From: Actinomycetes bacterium | GTDB taxonomy: Bacteria; Actinomycetota; Actinomycetes; JAHEKZ01 | DNA: 55,947 bases | Direction of reading: 5' to 3' | NCBI GenBank assembly: GCA_024644435.1 | Contig: JAHEKZ010000011.1 | Span: 1 to 55,947 of the forward strand | Shown here: piece after piece, positions 50,366 to 55,947 of the stretch | How the letters are laid out: each line of letters begins with the position of its first letter | Position numbering within the stretch: position 1 is the stretch's first letter | Notes under the pieces: generated by a model | Seen by the model: the letters and a program-made list of their open reading frames with translations, nothing else | Told to the model about the DNA's origin: nothing | Databases searched by the model: none | Translations under genes and position numbers: made by a program

Positions 50366-51853
50366 CTAGTGGCTACCGTTCAGCTGGCCACCGAGCCGCT
50401 GGTGGATCGCGTCGCTCGCCTCGTTCAGTCCGGTGATTTCGACCGATTTTCCACGGCGTTCGTACTTGGTCACGATGGCGTCCAGCGCGGCGACTGATGA
50501 CGCATCCCAGACATGGGCCTCGGACATGTCGATCACGACCTGTTCGGGGTCGCCGAGGTAGTCGAACTGGTAGACGAGATCGTTACTGGAGGCGAAGAAG
50601 ATCTCGCCGTGGACCGAGTAGACCATCGTGCTGCCATCGGGGTCCATGACGCTGGCCACGTCGACGAAGTGCGCCACCCGGCGGGCGAACAGCACCATGG
50701 CAACCAGGACACCGACGATCACGCCGATCGCCAGGTTGTGCGTGACCACCACGACGACGACGGTCGAGACCATGACGGTCGTCTCACTCTTGGGCATCGT
50801 CCGCAGGGTGCGCAGGCTGTGCCAGTCGAACGTGGACACCGCGACGATGATCATGACGGCGACGAGCACAGCCATCGGGATGACGGCGACGACCGGCCCG
50901 AGCGCCACCACGAGGGTGAGCAGGAAGACACCGGCCAGCAGCGTGGACAACCGCGTGCGGGCACCGGCCCGCACGTTGATCATGGTCTGCCCGATCATGG
51001 CGCAGCCGCCCATGCCGCCAAAGAATCCTGTGACGATGTTCGCCGCTCCCTGACCCCACGACTCGCGGGTCTTGTTGGAGTGCGTGTCGGTGATGTCGTC
51101 CACGAGTTTGGCCGTCATCAGCGACTCCATCAGCCCGACGAGGGCGATGGCCAGGGCGTAGGGGGCGATGATCCGCAGCGTCTCCAGGGTGAACGGCACG
51201 TCCGGCAGCGAGAGGAACGGCAGGCTTGATGGCAGCTCACCTTCGTCGCCGACGTTGGGGACGGTGAGGTTGAGAGTGACCACGGTGGCGGTGACGAGCA
51301 CGATCGCGACCAGTGGAGACGGGATGGCCTGGGTGACCTTCGGCAGCAGGACGATGATCAGCAACGAGACGATGACCAGGGGATACACCAGAGCTGGAAC
51401 CCCGATCAGGTGCGGCACCTGCGCCATGAAGATGAGGATCGCCAGAGCGTTGACGAACCCGACCATGACGCTGCGCGGGACGAAGCGCATGAGCCCGGCC
51501 ACCCCGCCCAGTGCCAGCAGGATCTGCACGATCCCGCCGAGGATCACTGCGGCGATCAGGTAGCCGAGGCCGTACTCCTTCGCCAGCGGCGCCACCACGA
51601 GGGCGATTGCGCCAGTGGCGGCCGAGATCATGGCGGGACGTCCCCCGGTGAACGCGATCGTGACGGCCATCGTGAACGACGCGAAGAGTCCCACCCGGGG
51701 GTCGACGCCCGCGAGGATCGAGAACGAGATGGCCTCGGGGATCAGGGCCAGCGCGACGACCAGGCCGGCCAGCACCTCGGTGCGGGCGGTGCGCAGGTCG
51801 TGCGGGATGAAGGCGGACAGGCCGGAAGGGGCCTCGGTTATGTGAGAGGTCAT
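50366..51853 (-). CDS. SulP-family anion transporter with C-terminal STAS domain
   Basis: 495-aa. About 11 TM helices, GFFGGMGGCAMIGQTMINV. STAS tail VIDMSEAHVWDASSVAALDAIVTKYERRGKSVEITGLN. Confidence 0.9.
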   Translation of the reverse strand: MTSHITEAPSGLSAFIPHDLRTARTEVLAGLVVALALIPEAISFSILAGVDPRVGLFASFTMAVTIAFTGGRPAMISAATGAIALVVAPLAKEYGLGYLIAAVILGGIVQILLALGGVAGLMRFVPRSVMVGFVNALAILIFMAQVPHLIGVPALVYPLVIVSLLIIVLLPKVTQAIPSPLVAIVLVTATVVTLNLTVPNVGDEGELPSSLPFLSLPDVPFTLETLRIIAPYALAIALVGLMESLMTAKLVDDITDTHSNKTRESWGQGAANIVTGFFGGMGGCAMIGQTMINVRAGARTRLSTLLAGVFLLTLVVALGPVVAVIPMAVLVAVMIIVAVSTFDWHSLRTLRTMPKSETTVMVSTVVVVVVTHNLAIGVIVGVLVAMVLFARRVAHFVDVASVMDPDGSTMVYSVHGEIFFASSNDLVYQFDYLGDPEQVVIDMSEAHVWDASSVAALDAIVTKYERRGKSVEITGLNEASDAIHQRLGGQLNGSH

Positions 51854-51965
51854 TGCTCGCTTCAGGGCGTAGTGAACCAGGGGCTGCTGGTTCGGTTCGT
51901 TGATCAGGGGCGAATCACTGCAGTCAACGGTTGGTTCACCACGACACTGCGCCTCGCTGACGGTG

Positions 51966-51997
51966 ACGGTACCTCACGTAACGTGAGAGTCTGACAT
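51966..51997 (-). promoter_or_regulatory. Candidate MerR-type promoter for sulP-merR: ATGTCA - 20 nt spacer containing the dyad CTCACGT-T-ACGTGAG - TACCGT
   Basis: Read on the minus strand: -35-like ATGTCA (51997-51992), perfect 7-1-7 dyad (51987-51973), -10-like TACCGT (51971-51966, TANNNT). The -10-like hexamer ends 112 nt upstream of the sulP ATG. Confidence 0.35.
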
Positions 51998-52032
51998 CGC
52001 AGGGCTCATCAGGTGTGCCGGGCCCGGGTTCC

Positions 52033-52092
52033 CTGGGCGTCCCGCTAGGCGTCCCTCTGGGCGTCCCTCTGGGCGTCCCGCTAGGCGTCCCT
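52033..52092. repeat. Five tandem 12-nt units (plus strand CTGGGCGTCCCG / CTAGGCGTCCCT / CTGGGCGTCCCT / CTGGGCGTCCCG / CTAGGCGTCCCT)
   Basis: Read directly. The minus-strand core GGGACGCC recurs every 12 nt. The array is a 24-nt block, a 12-nt unit, then the same 24-nt block. Intergenic, 35 nt upstream of the candidate -35. Confidence 0.85.
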
Positions 52093-52129
52093 GATGCCGA
52101 CCCGCCGCCTGTCGCCGCAGACAGCCGTT

Positions 52130-52186
52130 GAGTGTCACGAAACCGTGCACCGCACCGCCGCCAAGTGGCCCATTTCGTGACACTCG
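52130..52186. repeat. 57-nt hairpin element, copy A (13-bp perfect stem GAGTGTCACGAAA / TTTCGTGACACTC, 30-nt loop)
   Basis: Gapless alignment with copy B (18103..18159) gives 39/57 identities. The first 23 nt match 20/23 and the last 14 nt match 12/14. Same strand orientation in both copies. Confidence 0.65.
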
Positions 52187-52246
52187 GTGGGTGGTGGGTG
52201 GTGGGTGGTGGTCAGGGTCAGGGTGGTGGTCAGGGTCAGGGTCAGG
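52186..52246. repeat. G-rich compound microsatellite: (GGTGGGT)x3 then (GGTGGTCAGGGTCAGGGT)x2 then CAGG; seven GGG tracts
   Basis: Read directly. 37 G and 5 C in 61 nt on the plus strand. The last 5 nt include the stop codon (52242-52244) of the spermidine-synthase-like gene. Confidence 0.85.
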
Positions 52247-52964
52247 CCGGTCTTGTGCGGGTGGCGAGGTAGACCGTGTTCGACGCCTCCTGATCAGGCA
52301 GTGCGCTCGGGAACCGCACGATCTCGGTCCGCACCTCGGCGAACACCGAACCCAAGGTCTGTTCGTACTCGGTGTCTGGCGGGTCGTTCGACCAGAGACT
52401 GAAGACGCCGCCTGGACGCAGAGCCTCATGTATCTGCCGAACGCCGTCCGCCCGGTAGAAGTCGGCGTGGCTGGGGTGAAGCAGCTCGCGAGGCGAGTGG
52501 TCGATGTCGACCACCACTGCGTCGAGCGCCCCCTTGGGAGCTTCGGACGCGAGTCCGGCACCTCTGGCAAGCGCAAAGAAGTCGCCGTGCAGGAAACGGC
52601 ACCGAAGGTCGGCGCTGAGGGACTCCCCCAGCGGCAACAGGTGCTGCTGGTGCCAGTCGATGACGGCGTCCAGCGCCTCGACCACGACGAGAGAACGCAC
52701 CCGAGGGTCGGCCAGCACGGTGTGTGCCGTGTAGCCGAGCCCGAGGCCACCCACGACGACGTCGAGCTCGTCACCGTCGAGCTCCAGCAGTGCGAGCCGA
52801 GCCACTTCGACCTCTGCCGCGACGAAGAGGCTCGACATCAAGAACTCGTCGTCGAGCTTGGCCTCGTAGACCACCGAGTCTGAGACGGGGTCGTGTCTGC
52901 GGCGCAGACTGATTACGCCCATCGGGGTCTGCCGCGCATCGAGCACCTTGAACCGGGCTGACAC
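52242..52964 (-). CDS. Spermidine-synthase-like class I methyltransferase-fold protein
   Basis: Track ORF to 53015. The GTG at 52964 (VSARFKVLDARQTPMGVISLRR) avoids a 43-nt overlap with the upstream gene. VVVGGLGLGYTA and DAVVVDIDHSP motifs. Confidence 0.7.
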   Translation of the reverse strand: MSARFKVLDARQTPMGVISLRRRHDPVSDSVVYEAKLDDEFLMSSLFVAAEVEVARLALLELDGDELDVVVGGLGLGYTAHTVLADPRVRSLVVVEALDAVIDWHQQHLLPLGESLSADLRCRFLHGDFFALARGAGLASEAPKGALDAVVVDIDHSPRELLHPSHADFYRADGVRQIHEALRPGGVFSLWSNDPPDTEYEQTLGSVFAEVRTEIVRFPSALPDQEASNTVYLATRTRPA

Positions 52965-52972
52965 GCGTCGCC

Positions 52973-54274
52973 TCAGGCCGTCGGCTTGACGAAGGCCAGG
53001 CCGTTGCTCATCCATCGCTCGCAGGTACAGCCGGTCGGGTTCTTCACCTGGTAGAGGTCACGGCGTTGCCACTTGCGCTGGGTGCGCGTCCAGAGCGTGG
53101 TCGATCCTCCGCCGTCGAGCTCGTACGCGTACGTCATGCCGAGCTTCTTGGCGATGTTGGCAGCGTTGGCCAGACCGAAGCCGCCGTTCCGCAGCACGAC
53201 CCCGTTGACGACCTCGAGCTTGCTGCCCGGAATTGTGAAAGCACGCCACTGGCCGTTCGCGTCCCAGCCCACGAAGGTACGGGGACGCGCAGACAATGCC
53301 GACGGAGTCTTGGCGTATGCCCTGCAGCCGAGCGGAGCGGGCTTCCCGGCAGCCACTACGGGCAGCCCGCGACCGACACCCGTCAGCAGCTTGACCCCGG
53401 TCGTGGTGGACTGGCGCACCTGGACGCGGACACCGGTGCCGACGGGCACGCCCTTGGCCAGAGCGGCCACGTCCCGTGAGAAGGCGACTACCCGGGTGCC
53501 GGACGCGACGGGAGCCCCGCGCTTGGCTGTGTTCTTCCGCGCATTCCGGATCGACATGATCTGGTTGCTGCTGTCCAGCACCCACTCGGTGGCGCCGGCG
53601 GGCCGCGGGGCAGCTGCCTTCCCGTCGGGACGGGTGAGGGTGCTCCAGTCGGCGGTGTACACGGTGACGCCGCCGCTGGTCGCCCGGTGCCAGTTCACTC
53701 CGCGCAGCTTGAACCTGGGGGCGTCCGTCAGCTTGGCCCGGATCATGCCGCGGACGCCGAAGAAGTCACCAAACGGCTGACCCTTCGTGTCGACACCCAC
53801 GGTGCGCATCCGCTGGTAGTTGCCCCTGATCACTTCCCCGTCCCTGACCATCGGACCGCGAGCCATCTCGATGCTGTTCTCGTACCGAATGTCCGGCGCG
53901 ATGAAGAAGTCACCGTTGATGCTGGCCAGTGACTTTGACGCCTGCGTCTTGGTCATCTGCCCAACTGCTTCGCGTTCACCGATCTGCGTGTTGACGAGCG
54001 CGGGGTAGGCCCCGATCGGAAACTTCGTCATGATGACGTTCGCCTTGTGGTCGTACTGCCCGACAACAGAGCCCTTCGCGGTGGCCCAGTAGTACTTGGC
54101 CACACCACCGCCCGCGAACTTCGCGGTCTTGTCGAGCCGCGTGGTGACCTCGATCTTGCAGGGTCGGGCAGCGTCCGCCTCATTCGGGACGGCCGTCAGC
54201 AGCGCGCACGCCAACGCCGTGGCTCCGAGCAGCACGGCAGGGCGGGTCCAGGTGTTCGGCAACGACACAAGCAC
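52973..54274 (-). CDS. Secreted phosphodiester glycosidase family (DUF2233/NAGPA-like) protein
   Basis: 433-aa. Signal peptide ending NEADA-ARP. SINGDFF and AYELDGGGSTTLW blocks. Confidence 0.7.
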   Translation of the reverse strand: MLVSLPNTWTRPAVLLGATALACALLTAVPNEADAARPCKIEVTTRLDKTAKFAGGGVAKYYWATAKGSVVGQYDHKANVIMTKFPIGAYPALVNTQIGEREAVGQMTKTQASKSLASINGDFFIAPDIRYENSIEMARGPMVRDGEVIRGNYQRMRTVGVDTKGQPFGDFFGVRGMIRAKLTDAPRFKLRGVNWHRATSGGVTVYTADWSTLTRPDGKAAAPRPAGATEWVLDSSNQIMSIRNARKNTAKRGAPVASGTRVVAFSRDVAALAKGVPVGTGVRVQVRQSTTTGVKLLTGVGRGLPVVAAGKPAPLGCRAYAKTPSALSARPRTFVGWDANGQWRAFTIPGSKLEVVNGVVLRNGGFGLANAANIAKKLGMTYAYELDGGGSTTLWTRTQRKWQRRDLYQVKNPTGCTCERWMSNGLAFVKPTA

Positions 54275-54346
54275 TCCATCGACATCTCGGGGGGCTACGG
54301 CTCGACCCGGCCAAGTTAGCCCATAGACGCGCCCCAGCCGAGTTCG

Positions 54347-55006
54347 CTAGGGGCCTTCAGCACCCGTGCGCACAGTCCCGCTGTACTGCCAGCGCAAGTT
54401 CTGGCCTCCGTCTAGCGGCGTGTGCCCGTGCTCAGCCAGCACCGCGAGCATGGCGTCAGGAGAGTGCACGAAAGTGCGAAATGTTCGTCGGCGAACGGCG
54501 TATCCCAGGTTCTCCATCACCGTCTCCGTGCGCGTGAGGAGGCGGGGTCGGGGGTAGCTGAACACGAGCGCACGTCGCGCACGGTCGGCCGCCAGGCCGA
54601 GCAGCGCAGGAAAGTCCGGGTAGCAGCAGACCACGCGGTGCAGCACCACCACGTCCGCCGCGGGCGCGACCGAGGGATCGGCCACCACGTCGGCATTCCG
54701 GCGGCTCACGCGATCGGCCAAGCCTGACTCGGCCAGGAGTCTGGCGGCTTCGCCCTCGTACGCCGTCGACAGCTCGATATTCGTCGCCTGAGACGCTCCG
54801 CGCCGGAGTAGCTCCATGTGCAGGCCGCCCACGCCACCGCCGATCTCCAGCACGGTGGCACCGTCCAAGCCCTGGGCTGTGGCGAAGTCAGCCATCTTGG
54901 TCGCCGTGTCGTCGAGCCCGGAAGAGCGCAACGACTTCGCCAGCCGCCGGGCGTACTTGGACGTGAAAACGTCGTCGTACTCGGCCGGATCACAGCATGC
55001 GGTCAT
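54347..55006 (-). CDS. Class I SAM-dependent methyltransferase with N-terminal CC motif
   Basis: 219-aa. MTACCDPAEYDDVF..., SAM motif VLEIGGGVGGLHMELL, VVVLHRVVCCYPD. Confidence 0.7.
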   Translation of the reverse strand: MTACCDPAEYDDVFTSKYARRLAKSLRSSGLDDTATKMADFATAQGLDGATVLEIGGGVGGLHMELLRRGASQATNIELSTAYEGEAARLLAESGLADRVSRRNADVVADPSVAPAADVVVLHRVVCCYPDFPALLGLAADRARRALVFSYPRPRLLTRTETVMENLGYAVRRRTFRTFVHSPDAMLAVLAEHGHTPLDGGQNLRWQYSGTVRTGAEGP

Positions 55007-55123
55007 GCACCTAGTAGATCAGGCGCCACCTTGCTCACCGCATCGATCCGGGTCCTCTACGAGCGCGCCCACTGCTCCGGCCAAGCGCCTAGAGTGCGGT
55101 GATCCGAGCAACTGGAGGCAAGG

Positions 55124-55947
55124 ATGCGCGTTCTGGTGCTAGGCGCTGGCTTCGGCGGCCTGGAGGCGACCGCTCGACTGTCCGATGCGCTGGGCGACGA
55201 GGTCGACATCACCCTGGTCGACCACGCCGAGGGGTTTACCTTCGGCTTCTCCAAGATCGACGTGATGTTCGGCGATGCCACGCCGGATGCCGTCGTGCAC
55301 CGCTACGCCAATCTCACCAAACCGGGAGTGCGGTTCGTCCAGTCGACCGTTCGCGCGATCGAACCCGAGCATCGGCGGGTGCGGACCGACGCTGGGGACT
55401 TCGAGGCAGACGTGCTCATCGTGGCTCTCGGCGCCGACCTCGACGCCGCTGCGACACCTGGGCTGGTCGAGGCGGGCTGCGAGTTCTACACGCGAGCCGG
55501 GGCGGTAGTGGCACGCGAGCGACTTGCCTCCTTCACCGGAGGCAACGTCGTCGTGGGGGCGGCGTCACTGCCGATGAAGTGCCCTCCGGCTCCCAGTGAA
55601 GCAGCGCTGCTCGTCCACGACCTCCTCACCGAGCGTGGTGTTCGCGAGTCTTCCTCGGTGACGCTCGTCCTACCGGTTAATCGTCCAGTACCGCCCTCGC
55701 CCGAAGCATCCGCGAGTCTGCTTGCTGCCTTCGCCGAGCGCGGCATCAGCTGGATCCCCGAGACGTCCGTGGCAGCGCTAGACGCCGGCCGCCGCGTCGT
55801 GGCGCTGAGTGACGGACGCGAGCTGCCGTTCGACCTCTACCTCGGTGTGCCCAAGCACTGTGCGCCTCCCGTGGTGGTCGAAGCAGGGCTGACCGAGAGC
55901 GGCTGGATTCCCGTCGACCGGCAAACCCTTGAGACGCGCTTCCCCGG
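55124..55947 (+). CDS. FAD-dependent pyridine-nucleotide-disulfide oxidoreductase, sulfide:quinone reductase / NDH-2-like; 3' end beyond the right edge
   Basis: Absent from the ORF track because it runs off the window. My translation from ATG 55124 (GGAGG 7 nt upstream): MRVLVLGAGFGGLEATARLSDALGDEVDITLVDH...LIVALGADLD...SLPMKCPPAPSEAALLV...VPKHCAPPVV, open to the window end. Confidence 0.7.
   Translation, partial: MRVLVLGAGFGGLEATARLSDALGDEVDITLVDHAEGFTFGFSKIDVMFGDATPDAVVHRYANLTKPGVRFVQSTVRAIEPEHRRVRTDAGDFEADVLIVALGADLDAAATPGLVEAGCEFYTRAGAVVARERLASFTGGNVVVGAASLPMKCPPAPSEAALLVHDLLTERGVRESSSVTLVLPVNRPVPPSPEASASLLAAFAERGISWIPETSVAALDAGRRVVALSDGRELPFDLYLGVPKHCAPPVVVEAGLTESGWIPVDRQTLETRFP

Noticed and set aside
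52033-52246. Possible CRISPR array
   Set aside because: The units are only 7-18 nt long and directly abutting, with no unique spacers. There are no cas genes in the window.
51974-52774. 266-aa minus-strand ORF that would translate the repeats into PDPDHH and GRLAGRPEGRPEG peptide repeats
   Set aside because: Upstream of 52242 it is out of frame with the convincing spermidine-synthase-like gene. Its repeat-encoded tail has no independent start or ribosome-binding site. The repeats are better explained as non-coding.
45866-55947. Genomic island or mobile element spanning the accessory right-hand 10 kb
   Set aside because: I found no integrase, transposase, tRNA target, flanking direct repeats or clear compositional shift. 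It is treated only as a non-core region, not as a mobile element.

Overview
High-GC actinobacterial chromosomal segment, densely packed with about 56 protein-coding genes. I found no rRNA, tRNA, CRISPR array, transposase or integrase. All calls rest on the ORF track, my own reading of motifs and remembered gene order; no database search was possible.

Core region (about 1-45.8 kb): this follows the conserved actinobacterial neighbourhood.
- Coproporphyrin-dependent haem genes: hemQ (partial, runs off the left edge), hemY and hemE, with the ferrochelatase further right.
- DUF3000, RNase D, fadA-fadB, dxs and aconitase.
- A RumA/TrmA-type methyltransferase, an APC permease and two TrkA genes.
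- The DUF3159 / OB-fold / DUF3710 / dut / DUF3093 / DUF4193 block.
- An IMPase, SepH and a GNAT-plus-acyl-CoA-synthetase (Pat-like) acetyltransferase.
- A convergent type IIA topoisomerase pair (parC, parE) separated by five small genes.

Accessory region (about 45.9-55.9 kb): a run of genes that are all on the minus strand except the last.
- A lipoprotein, a secreted protein and a DUF4242 protein.
- A large ATP-binding LuxR-family (LAL) regulator.
- A sulP-merR operon.
- A spermidine-synthase-like gene, a phosphodiester glycosidase and a methyltransferase.
- A partial sulfide:quinone-reductase-like (SQR-like) flavoprotein on the plus strand that runs off the right edge.

Main findings: I did not recognise a clear novel multi-gene system. 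The structure least explained by gene calls is the 390-nt intergenic region upstream of sulP (51.85-52.25 kb).
- It holds a 5 x 12-nt direct-repeat array.
- It holds a 57-nt hairpin element with a second, collinear copy downstream of aconitase at 18.1 kb.
- It holds a 61-nt GGG-tract microsatellite.
- It holds a candidate MerR-type promoter with a 7-1-7 dyad in a 20-nt spacer.

Lesser observations:
- An AT-rich 9-2-9 palindrome in front of acn.
- An orphan NarL-type response regulator lacking the acidic DD pair.
- A DapB-like paralog lacking the catalytic His motif.
- Several translationally coupled gene pairs.

Many long ORFs in the track are antisense artefacts of high GC content and were rejected.
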